Source: Camelus ferus
Taxonomy: Eukaryota
NCBI RefSeq assembly: GCF_009834535.1
Contig: NC_045696.1
Location: forward strand, 18,230,001-18,294,000
Direction: 5' to 3'
DNA: 64,000 nucleotides
In this document: piece by piece, positions 25,201 through 37,000 of the stretch
Position numbering within the stretch: the first letter of the stretch is position 1
Layout of the letters: every line of letters begins with the position of its first letter
Program-made: the position numbers and the translations under genes
The notes under the pieces: generated by a model
What the model was told of the DNA's origin: nothing
What the model saw: only the letters and a program-made list of their open reading frames with translations
The model's database searches: none

Positions 25201-25629
25201 AAAAAAGTTCAGCATGTAAAATCAACTAAATTGTTCTTTATTTTATTAAGTCATTTCATGTACCATCTATTGCTTACTATTGAGGGTGAGAAAACAGAAA
25301 CGTACATGTTCTGCTGGTAATGGTGAAATTAAAATTTATTTTCTTTGAATCAACTTAGAAATATGTATCAAAATATTAAAATGATCATGTCTTGACCCAT
25401 TCATATTACTTGAACTATTTGTTAATAATTAGAAATTTATACAGTTTAAAAAATTCTTAACCATACACTGTTGATTATAAATTGTTACAGATACAGCATA
25501 ACTATATTATGTATTCAGATTAAAAAATATAATTAGAGACAATATAGTTACTTAGAACTTGAAAATTGATTGCATATTTTATTATTTATTTATTTATTGA
25601 TCCAGAGACTGGATATATTTATATATTTA

Positions 25630-25848
25630 TTTTAAAATTTTTAAATATATTTTTATTGAAGTATAGTCAGTTTACAATGTTGTGTCAATTCCTGGTGTAC
25701 AAGACAATACTTCAGTCATATAGGAACATACGTATATTCATTTTCATATTCTTTTTCACCATAGGTTACTGCAAGATATTGAATATAGTTCCCTGTGCTA
25801 TACAGTATAAACTTGTTGTTATCTATTTAATGTATATTAGTCAGTATT
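25630..25848 (-). mobile_element. Lineage-specific L1 3' end, 5'-truncated
   Basis: ttttattgaagtatagtcagtttacaatgttgtgtcaattcctggtgtac...gttactgcaagatattgaatatagttccctgtgctatacag. Confidence 0.85.
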
Positions 25849-26129
25849 TTTAAATTGATTCATATTATTCAACAAAATCTTTAAATGTGAGTTTAAAAAA
25901 TGAAATGAAATGTTAAAAATACTGTTTTCAATGAAATATTCCAAAAAATGCCACGTGTAGGTATGATTTTTCATTTTGTAACTGTTGCATGTCTGAAAGT
26001 ATGCATACTGAAAATCAATTATTTAAGAGAGTCGATCAAAATATACACAAGCTGACCACGAATAAAAGTTAATAGGAGATTTTGAAAGACTTCTTACTTA
26101 CCATTTCTATATATTCTAAACTACTTACT

Positions 26130-26395
26130 ATGGAACTACGTAATCACCTATCCAACCACTTCTTGCCCAGTTCTGATCTATCATATTCCCTTACTTCTTT
26201 CATTTCTTTTCTTTAGCTCTTACCATTACTATCGTAGTGATGCTCAATTTGCTTATTTCTCTCTCTTACAGTCTCTTTTCAAGTTCTATAAGAGCAGAGA
26301 CGTTTTATTTTATCCACTGATAAATCTGCAAGACCTCTGAAACTCCCTGCCACACAGTAGATCCTAACAAATGTTTGTTGAAGTGATAAATACAT
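26130..26395 (+). mobile_element. L2 3' end
   Basis: aagttctataagagcagagac..cctgccacacagtagatcctaacaaatgtttgttgaa. Confidence 0.65.
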
Positions 26396-28061
26396 GATTG
26401 AGCCTGAATTATTTTTGTAGCAAGACAATAGTAAGTATTATTTCTAAATGTTTATCCAAATCCCAGAGTGACGGAAAACTTAGAGACATTACAAATACAC
26501 TTATGCTGACATTAAACATTACTAAGTTGGTGATAGAAATGATTGTGTTTTGCTCTTCTCTCAACTTTTTAAGTCTTCACTTTTTTCTTAGTTCAACTTA
26601 GAAAAGTTAGAGTGAAGTTTGTTCCTATGTATTGTCCTTTCCTAACCGAGTTTAATTTCTCACATAAACTTCACTTTCTGGCTGCATGATTTCAAATATT
26701 ATCCTCATATGGAAAAATTGCCACTGACATAGGCTTTGCATGTATTTTCACCTGGAGCTGAATTGTATCAGAAAAGCTCTCGTTTCCCATTTACAGCAGC
26801 ATTGTAATAGGCTAAATACCAGTTGTCTAAAATGCTTTCTGGTTGTGTCATTTCACTATATACATTTAAGTTGAAGTCATAACAGTTTTTAACAGAAAAA
26901 ATAAGAAATGTGCATTTTGTATTATCTGACAAGGACGTGGCTTTGTGTGTTCAGTGTAAGTTCGTGAACTGTATATTCTAAAAGGGGTTTATTTTATAAT
27001 GATTAAGTTTTCCTTTCAAACATATCATTGCTGTTTGAATAATGTAACTACTAATAGAGGAAATCACAGTTATTTCAGTAACGAAAACTCAGCTATTGTC
27101 CAAGTGCAGAGAAGCACAGTCCATTAACCTTTCTGTCCTTGGAAATCGGACTGACTTACTGTGCAATTTCAATTAGCTTGTCAAATAAATGCACTGCCAC
27201 TTCAATTCTTTCCTTTAGTTCAGTCTTAGGAAATGGGGTGCCAAAAACTGAAAAAGCATTAAAATTTTCTTCTCTGGGATTAATATCAGGTGATACATAT
27301 TGAAGTAATATTTAAAACTGAGTATAGATTTTCATGAATGCAACATGAATGCTAATAGGCATGGCCTCTGGTTTGATGTTTTATTCCATTTTTCTTTTAA
27401 TTATAGAGATCCTGCAGCCTGCTTACAGTTGAATGGGCATAAGGTTGCCTAATGTTGCCTGTATATATGAAATAAAAACTGACTGGCTTTTGTTTCATGT
27501 TGCTAAATCACATGTATTGTTGGCCATGTGTATATAGCACACTGCTCAACGTTAGGGATATATTTGACAGAGTTAGGAAGAAAAAACAAGACTGGGTTAA
27601 TAAATATCTCTCAAAATATGTAACTTGCTTAAGCCATAAACCACTTCCCCCCAAAATTGTTCATATGTTTTATTCCAATACCCAGATATGACAGTGAAGA
27701 ATAGTTATTCCAATTGAAAATGTGTGGGAATGAGCAATACTGTTTAAAATTGGTTTCAACCAATACTGTTTAATATTTATTAAAATATTAATAAAATATT
27801 TATTAATAAATAAAGAATGTGCAGGACCAGATTTTAAGATGCAACTACCACTTCTACATTTTTTATTTTCTCTAAATGCACATGTCTTTTCAAATTCAAA
27901 GATTTAGGCCCCTTCATCTGATAGAATTAAGTGGTTTATTTTCCAGCGTTCATTATATGTCAATAATTTAAGTTAACTTTCCACCTTGAATCTTTCCAAC
28001 ATTACACTCTACTCATATATTTTTACATAGTCCAATACTTTTATATACTTTTCAACTTTTA

Positions 28062-28252
28062 TTTTTTTAACATTTTTTATTGATTTATAATCATTTTACA
28101 ATGTTGTGTCAAATTCCAGTGTAGAGCACAATTTTTCAGTTATACATGAACATACATATATTCATTGTCACATTTTTTCCTCTGGGAGCTACCATAAGAT
28201 CTTGTATATATTTCCCTGTGCTATACAGTATAATCTTGTTTATCTAGTCTAC
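28062..28252 (-). mobile_element. Young L1 3' end with a perfect 19-bp TSD
   Basis: atatacttttcaactttta at 28043-28061 and 28253-28271 flanks a T-tract + tattgatttataatcattttacaatgttgtgtcaaattccagtg... Confidence 0.92.
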
Positions 28253-28719
28253 ATATACTTTTCAACTTTTAGTTTGATCTGATCTTATATAATGCCTTTC
28301 TGGTTTACTTCCTATTCTGCAGAACAAAAAAGTATTCAGATTGACATTGAAATCAACCTGCAACACGTTAGGAAAAATAGTAGGATATAGGATTGTTATC
28401 AATACAGGTAAATTAATTTATGCTTATAAGGTTATATCTATATTTTGATATTTTTAATGTTTCTGCTCACACTTCTATTGGTTACAAGTATAAATTGGGG
28501 CACTGGTGTGGTTAGATATATCTTTGCCTAAAGAATGTGACTATGATAGAAATAGATGTTTTTTATTATAGACTTCTAAGTTATCTTGAGAAAATCTGGA
28601 CAACCAACAAATAAACCAAAAACTCAACTTTCCTTTGACTTCACTTCTGAAGATACTGTTAGAAAAAAAAAAAAGGCAAATTATGTTTTTAACTTACTAA
28701 TTTATGTTTGAACAAATAC

Positions 28720-29243
28720 GTGTCATAAACTGTGTTATCCACAAACCAGAACCTCAGACAGTGGCTCATAAGCTATTCTTTTAAAAAGGAGTATAATTTC
28801 CAAGCCAGTAGTGAGGGACAAGGAGAATGAAGTAGGGAAAGTGAGAGAGTCATTATCATTCTAGAATCCTGGGCAGTAATATAAATTGTACAACCCCTGG
28901 AGACAAACCAAAAAAACAAATAAACAGAATGTGTAAATTGTCCATGGGTGAGGGAAGGAGGAAGATTTTATATTTTGGCTAAAAGCTCCCATTAATCAAA
29001 GTTTTGCATTAATTTCCCAACATTTTCAAATTGTGTATGTGGGCACTGAGTAGGGTCCTGTTATGATATCAAAGATAAGCTTTGAGAAAAAAGAAAAAGA
29101 AAGATTCACAAGGTACTTGCATATAATGGGAGTCTATCAGGTTGTGCTCCCATGAAACCAGCTGGAGCAAATGCACTGTGGTAGCCAGGATAAGAGAAAG
29201 GTGAGGTCAAGTATCCTGTGGTAGTGAGGGACTGTCTGATACA
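28720..29243 (-). mobile_element. Old ERVL LTR (LTR16/33-like)
   Basis: tgtcataaactgtgttatccacaaaccagaacctcagac..agtgagggacaaggagaatgaagtagggaaag ... ends ctgataca. Confidence 0.45.
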
Positions 29244-30854
29244 GCAAGTTACTACAGCACAGATTCATAATATTCAGTCACTGTCAGTGTACTATTATGG
29301 TTTTCCATTAAAAAGGACTAAAAAATATAATTTCTATAATTAAGGTTACGGATAGTTCTTTTGTTCATGCAAGACCTAGGCTATGTTTGAAAATGCCAAA
29401 AACTAAGAAATAATTTTATATATATAAAATTTGGCTTTACTTTGATTATCGAACATGGAGACACAAAAAGATCAGTACTTCTCTGTGTGTTATTTAAATT
29501 GTAGTTTTAGTCCTTATTTTCTGACTTTTTTGCTGAACAGGTAAGGACAAGAAACATTTTAACTAAATATCAGAATAAAATGCACTTTTAGAGTTAGATG
29601 AAAACATCCGATCACGTCACTGGAAGAGGGGTGGTGGTGGTGTTCAAAAGAAGAAAGGAAGAAAACTGACTTCCTTGTCGATATATTGGCAAACTGTAGA
29701 AAAGTTGTCTATGTTCATTTGGAAAATGCATCAGAGTGCATATTTCTTTGGAAAAACAGGGATCAGATGTAAGTGCCTTCACTACCAGACTAGTTTTGCT
29801 AGAACACAATGACTTTGTCTGGAAGTATCACACTAGGATGTGTTTTACATTGTCAAGTAAAGATGTCAAGCATAATATGAGAGATCTTAGTGAAACATGT
29901 TTGAAAACTACCAAGCCTTCAACTGAAAGAAAGCCTGCGCTCTTGGCGAACAAATACAGCATATTCTGTGCATAGCAATGCAACTGCCTTTCCCACGTCA
30001 GAAAAGGATCTCTTTCTCACTGTTTTCTTACCACGACTTCTGTATTGTATTATATCGTCAACAAGCACTCTGCAAACAATACTAAAAGAGAAAAAGAAAG
30101 CTTTGTCTTTTCTCATGAAAGGTATTCATCATGTTTTAGTAAAGTTAGGACTTGACTCATTTGCAATCATTTAGAAGCTTGAAGATTTTTTAAAGATGTA
30201 GAATGGAATAGTAAGTAGTTTTATTCCTTTACACAGAAGTAGGGGAGTTTCCTAAAGACACACAGAAGTATTTGATTAAAAAGGAATTCTCATTCATTAA
30301 AAAAAAAAGTTCTAGTAGATTTGTGAGTGCAGTGATAGTTGTACATTTAATAATATAATTCAGTAAACATTTTAGAGATTCACAGTTACTGCTATGTATG
30401 ATACTAGAGAATGCTTTCGTGAAACTATAGCTCTAAAAATAAGACTTGATCAAAGGAGCAGTTTTTTCAATTTTGAGAGAAATGCGTCTTTAGACATAGA
30501 AAGCATTTTTTTTTTCTTTTTTACATTAAGCAGAAATCCCAAGAGGCTGGAAATTCTGCTTCATTATTTAATTAAATACTTTTGTAAAAAGAGCATCACA
30601 CTTAAAATACGAATTTGTAATACTTTTTCTTACACTTATTGATAATAACATATAGTTGAAGATTATTTATTTAAAGGCCAAGAAAATATGTAACAATTCA
30701 AAAACAAGTTTTGAAATAACCAAGTGTTACAAAACAGTTATTTTCTCATGTGGTGAAACAAACTCACACTTTGTATTACAAAGGGTTTCTAAGACTTCTA
30801 AAATTTTTGTGTCTGAGGAAGTATTTATTTCTCCTTCCCTTTTTTCAATAGACT

Positions 30855-31134
30855 TTTTTCAGTTATATATATATTTTTAGATTATTTCCATTATTACAAG
30901 ATATTGAATATATTTCCCTGTGTTGTACAGTAAATCCTTGATGCTTACCTATTTTATGTACAGTAGTTTGTATCTGTTAATCCTATACTCCTAAATTATC
31001 CTTCCCCTCCTCCCTTTTCCCTTTGGTTCCCATAAATTTGCTTTCTGTGTCTGTGAATCTGTTTCTGTTTTGTATATAGATTCATTTGTATTATTTTTTA
31101 TATTCCACATATAAGTGATATCATAAAATATTTG
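30855..31134 (-). mobile_element. Cetartiodactyl-type L1 3' end inserted in the tail of an older L1
   Basis: ttacaagatattgaatatatttccctgtg..tagtttgtatctgttaatcc..ttccacatataagtgatatcata. Confidence 0.8.
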
Positions 31135-32230
31135 AACATTTTTTTGGAAGGGAGCAGTTTTAGGTTCAAAGAAAAACTAGGCTGAAAATACAGAGATTTC
31201 CCATATAACCCCTGCCCATACACATGTATAGCCTTCATCATCATCAACAACCCCCTCCCCAGCAGCACATGTGTTACAATAATGAACCTACATTGACACA
31301 TCATTATCACCCAAAGTCTGTAGTGTACATTAGGGTTCACTCTTTATGCTGTACATTCCATGGGTTTGGACAAATTTATAACAACATATATCCATTATTG
31401 CAGTATCATATAGAATAGTTTCACTGGCTTATAAATCAGTGTTCCATTTATTTACCTGTCCCTTCCTCCCCATGCCAGCAACCACTAAGTTTTTCCATGG
31501 TTTTGCCTTTTCTAGAATGTTGTATATATGGAATTATACAGCATTAATCTTTTCAGATTGGCTTCTTTCACTTACTAACAATGCATTTAATTTTACTCCA
31601 TGTCTTTTGATGAATTGATAGATCATTTTTTAGTGCTGAATAATATTGTATTGTCTGAATATACAGTTTAGTTATCCATTCATCTACTGAAAGATATCTT
31701 GGTTGTTCCAAACTTGGACAATTATAAATAAGCTGCTATAAACCTCTGCATGCAAGTTTTTGTGTAGACATAAATTTTCACCTATGTGGGTAAATACCAA
31801 AGGAGCATGATTTCTACATTATGTGGTAAGACTATGTTTAATTTTGTAAGAAACCAGTCTTCCAAAGTGGCTGTACCATTTAGCACTTCCACCAACAATG
31901 AGTAAGAGTTCTTATTGTTCCACATCCTCACCAGCATTTGGTGTTGTCGGTGTTCCGAAATTTGACCATTCTAAAAGGTATGTAGTGGTATCTCATTTTG
32001 TTTTAATGTGCATTTCCCAAATGGAATATGATGTAAAACATCTTTTCATATTTTTGTTTGCCACCTGTATATCTTTTTTGGTGAAGTGTCTGTTAATGGG
32101 GTTGCTTGTTTTCTTATTATTGAGTTTTAAGGGTTCATTGTACATTTCACATGACAGTCCTTTAGCAGATATATCTTTTGCAAATATTTTCTCTTGATCT
32201 GTGACTTATCTTCTCATCTTCTTGACCCCA
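31135..32230 (-). mobile_element. L1MC1-like 3' UTR and ORF2 C-terminus
   Basis: gagcagttttaggttc..gaacctacattgacacatcattatcacccaaag..ttccaaagtggctgtacc..cacatcctcaccagcatttggtg. Confidence 0.9.
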
Positions 32231-32634
32231 AACTTTTGTTTTTCCTTTTGCCATCAGTATAAAGATTAAAAATATATTGGATGCAAATGATAACATCATT
32301 GTATTTCTTGTATCAAAGATCATTTCAAACTTTGGCATTTACAAAAGACGGAAAAATTACATTCTCATTAAAACTTTCCCTTGAAGAACATTAAGGGGAT
32401 TAGTTAGGACTAGATTCATTTTTTTCCCCTGAATTTTCTATAACATTTTGCTGCATAATGTGGTAAAAGCATATGTTTGTTTTTATATTTGATAATAAGA
32501 AAGACTAAACATGAATGCCATAAAATGCATTTCATGAAAAACTTGCTTACATGAGTTAACATCAACTTTATTAGGGAAATCATTATCAGAGGCTTAAAAC
32601 GATTCATATAAGATGAGGAATATATAGGCAAGGA

Positions 32635-32706
32635 ATATAACAATATAATATAATGTAACATAATGTAACATAGCATAACTTAACGTAACGTAACGTAACG
32701 TAACAT
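32635..32706. repeat. Pentanucleotide microsatellite (TAAYR)n including (TAACG)4
   Basis: taatataatgtaacataatgtaacatagcataacttaacgtaacgtaacgtaacgtaaca. Confidence 0.85.
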
Positions 32707-33729
32707 ATATGATGAGCATGTAACTTGTCTCTGTATGGAGTTTTGGAAGGACAGAAACTTGACAGTTTGACTGAGGAACTTTCAGTGCAAACAATCACCA
32801 GGAATTAGGAATTGAGTAAACGTGGGCTTTCCCAATGTTAGATGTCTGTTTTCTATTTTTCTGACTTTGAAAAGTATAATATGTTTATACTGATGTAGTT
32901 ACTGTTAAGCCATGGCGTCAGCTGCAACTACAGCAAACAATACAAGTTGGTTTGAGGGCAGGAGAGAATTGTCCCACAATTTCTGTCTAGATAGCAAGTG
33001 TCAGAAATGAACACACTCTGTACTATGCATGTGGCTCTCAGTTATGATATTTGTAATTTTTATTGGATTTTACCTTTAATTTTTAGAAAGTTGGATAAAA
33101 CCATAAACTTACTAACCTTTAGTAATAGTGTTAGATATGACACTACCTATATTGAACTATATGTACTTATCTAGCTGTCTGTAACCATTATCTCTTTACT
33201 ACTGTATCTCCCCATCTGAGGTCTCCTTCATCTATGCCTGATATTTCCTTCATCATAAGGAGTATTTCAAGATCACGTCTTTCAACCTATAAAACAAAAT
33301 ATCATGACTCACTTTTCATAATAACATTTGGTTTTTAAAATATTGTTGAAATATATTCTGGACCAATTAAAAAGAATGCATTAACTCTGTATTTTAATAT
33401 TTAGCATGAATATTTTATAAATCTAAAAGTAAATCAGGTCCAGAATAGAACAGTTTCATAAATAAAAATGTATTCAGCAAATGCTAATTGTTATATAACC
33501 AAAAACAAGTCAAAGGTGTTTATGTTCTACCAGGGACAATGACATATTTTACACTAAATACAGTGCTGATTCTTTTAATTATTTTCTTTAGTTTTGTTAT
33601 TATTCTGAGGCAATATCTATTGCATAGACTTTTATGACTTTTAATTAAATGGAAGATTAATCTTACACTAAATATACATAATATGTTCATCGTAATTTTT
33701 GTTTACAATATTTTTGTTATTTGAAAAAA

Positions 33730-34040
33730 TACCCTGAACACTCTCTCATGCACACCAAGTGTATTTCTACCTGAAGACATTTTCACTTCTGTTAGCTGGA
33801 CGTGGAAGCTTCTTCTCTTAATATATTAGAGCTCATTTTCAAACTTCATTCAAACCTTTTGAAATACTGCCTTCTTACACTAAACTGAAGCATCTAGAAA
33901 CATGAGTATTTTCAAGTCTAACCTGTCCTGACCACTCTATTCAAAATTGCAGCTCCCATCACTTTCTTTTTCTTGATTTATTTTCAGAGTGCATATAAAC
34001 ACCTAATAATACATTAAGCAGTTATTGTTTACTGTTTATT
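33730..34040 (+). mobile_element. L2 fragment
   Basis: ggaagcttcttctc..gctcattttcaaacttcattcaaacc..cctgtcctgaccactctattcaaaattgc. Confidence 0.5.
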
Positions 34041-34044
34041 TCTC

Positions 34045-34420
34045 TTGTATTCTCAGGGTTTTAATAGTAGCCAAAGGCAGTGACTCTGCAAATTAAGGGA
34101 AAAAAAAAAAAAAAAAAAAAAGAAAAGCAACTGTTTATAGGGCCAGAGAACCAGTCCCAAAGCACTACCCAGGTAGGAAGCATCCCAGCTGCCGCTACCT
34201 CACTCAGCACTAGTGCAAGCACTGCGATGGCTGACGCTGTGGGCCTCACCAATGCCTCTTCAGTGTCCCTGACTCAGACCACAGCTGCTCCTGAAATTTA
34301 GATTCCTCTTGAATCAGCCAAAAATATTCCCTTCTCCTTGGAGATCACTTCCAGATCAGAATCTCAGATAAACAAGTCTGAATGTAGGAGGTCTGGATCA
34401 CTGTGGAGGTTTGCCTCAAT
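34045..34420 (-). mobile_element. Probable very old MaLR LTR (MLT1K/L/M-like) with an internal poly(A) tract at 34100-34121
   Basis: Starts tgtattctcagggttt..gtagccaaaggcagtgactctg, like reverse MLT1 LTR ends; GC-richer than flanks. Confidence 0.35.
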
Positions 34421-36379
34421 AAAGGTTGAATGTATTTGACAGGTTGTGAGGTTTTTGAGTACCTTTTTTGGGAAAGAAGCTCTTTTGACGATTTCATATT
34501 TTTAAATGTTTTTAAGTGAATTTTATAGGATGACTCTTATCTTTAAAGCATTCAAACTCATCACTGCTAAAATTCTATCTGGCTCCACTTTTTTTTTTTT
34601 TCCAAAAGGAAGAATCTTACCTAAATCTTTAAAATAATTGATTCAAGTCTCCAAATAATTTCTTTACAGAAGTCCGGAATTTATATGTGTGTGTATATAT
34701 ATGTATATATGTTATTACAAAAATAAACATTTTCTCTCTCTCATTATACATATGTACTATATATGTATAGTAATGGAGGGAAAATGTTTCTTTTAATAAC
34801 ATATTACATTAATACATCACTGAAATTTGTGCTATTAAGAACGCCACCACAAAGACTGAATCAATCTGTGATTTAAGAAGTGTGTATTTTTTGTTACAGT
34901 AGATAACTGGGACAGATGTTGGTAGATAACGAAACAGATGCTAAATGATTCTCTTTTTACAAGACATTTATAAAAGAGAAACAAAATTAAATGTCAAAAC
35001 GATAGAACAACTCTCAGTTCAGAGATATAAACGTCCCCAGACTCATTAAACTGGAAACAACAGCCAGAACAGGTGTTTATGTAAACGGGAACTTAAAACT
35101 TGTATGTGGAAAAATACATTCTTACTAAAATAAGATATACTGAGAAATGCCAATTTTCCACTTATATTTAAAATGCATTACAGGGACATTTTGACAGAGT
35201 CTACTTTATGATCTCTCTGTAGGTGAATTTACATGAAAGCAATTTCAGCCTCACACAATGTAAAACTAAAGAAAGGATGTGCCTATGCATATAACAAATA
35301 TAGAAAAATAGTTGTGGAAAGAGAAAAAAAAGTGCATTATCATCTCAAAAATTAACACTGCTTTCCTCAAATTAGCAAAACACGTAATTTAATTATGACA
35401 TTTAGAAACCAGCTTAAAGGAAATTACATACACATATATTTTAATGCAGCTGACATTCAAATAATACATAAATTGTCACCATAAATGATGATGAATAAAT
35501 GCCTGTGTCTAGTTCTATATCAGTTTCTTTCTCTCTCTGGAAATTCTCAAATTCTGTAACTAAAGTGGATAGTAGATCAACTTTTTCCTATGTGTGGAAT
35601 GATGCACAAAGAGAGAGATATGAATTCTCTTTGGACCAACAAATGTGGAAGGCTCTCTGATAATTATCTGATTCATGATCATTGCTTTATTTTAGCTGTT
35701 GAATTGATGTGGCTTCCAATCAGGGATCTGGCAATACAATAAAAGACGAGTATATTTTAAGATGCTTGGGATATGATGTTTAATTACAGCCTAGATTGCA
35801 TGATACAAATTATGCTGATAATGCCTCAGGTCAATTGTTTCTGTCCAAGGATGTTAGCTACATAAAAAGACATAAATATGTACCACATTGATCATACACC
35901 TATATTTATCATCATTTAAATTTAATAATGCATTTTATATAAGGAAAATTTTATAAGAAAAGTAATTTTTATTTTAGCCATTTTAAATTTAAGTGTTGGT
36001 ATAAAATGGTAAAAAGAACTATCTCAAGCTCTTGATTTAAAAGTCTCTATGTATGTTTCCGAAAGAATCATTAACCTTTGGACTGCATTTTGCATCAGTG
36101 TCAGTCTGGTCAGTTTTTTGACGAATCAATCCGTTAGTAAAATGTCTCTCTCACTCATTATCAATTATCACAAATCCGTATTGACTACTGAGAGTTATGG
36201 AAATATTATTCTAATAACTCTGCTAGTCAGTACAGTAAGTTGCTTGGAGTCCTCAATATGTAACAGGCTGAATATAGATAAACTAAGTAGAATGTGGTTT
36301 TTCTTGACTTTCAATTGATCATTCTTCATTAGCAGATTGGAGATAGGGAGTGCTATTTTAATATGCTAATTGAAGAAAT

Positions 36380-37000
36380 TAATGTCATTAAATATTTATC
36401 AAATTGATGATTATGTGTAAGGCAGTGCCCTAGGAGCTAGAGATATACCGGGCAGCAAAGTAATGATTACTCCTGGATACCTAGAATTTAGAGTATAAGA
36501 GGGAAAAAGATATGAAATCAATACTCACAAAAAGCACACTACAGTTGCTTGTTAAACTGTGTTTTAAATTATACCTCCCAAGAAATTTTGTTTTCTTTTA
36601 ATGATTTATTTCACATACAGAGTTATTGTGAAAATATTCTGAAAAAAATTTAGGGCGCTGTTTATATGTTTATTATAGAGAGGCTGCAGGCCTGGACAAG
36701 TTGTCCCTGAAGACATGACATTAAACCAAATATATAAAATGGGATCTGAACGATGAGTGTAAAGAACGCAAAGAGAAAAGATGGCTCTTCTTAGTTAAGG
36801 TAACATCATGGTCAGATCCTGACACTGGTAGGAATGTGTCAAGCTCAAATTAAGTGTTGATCAGTGAAGCTCTGGTTTAGCAAATTAAAACAGGAGGCCA
36901 AGAGGGTTCTAAACGTATTATCCAGGACCTTATAAGTTGTGTTCAGACATTTAGAGTTTAGTCTTGGAATAATGGAAAAATCATTGAAAGGGAAGGTGAT
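36380..37000 (-). mobile_element. L2 fragment
   Basis: aaatatttatcaa..tatgtgtaaggcagtgccctaggagctagagata..; gaataatggaaaaatcattgaaag. Confidence 0.5.

Noticed and set aside
31898..32197. 99-aa ORF
   Set aside because: Antisense reading of the L1 ORF2 C-terminus, a common source of spurious predictions
34061..34301. S/T/A-rich mucin-like ORF (+) and signal-peptide-like ORF (-)
   Set aside because: Both cross a poly(A/T) tract, lack exon boundaries and lie in probable old LTR sequence
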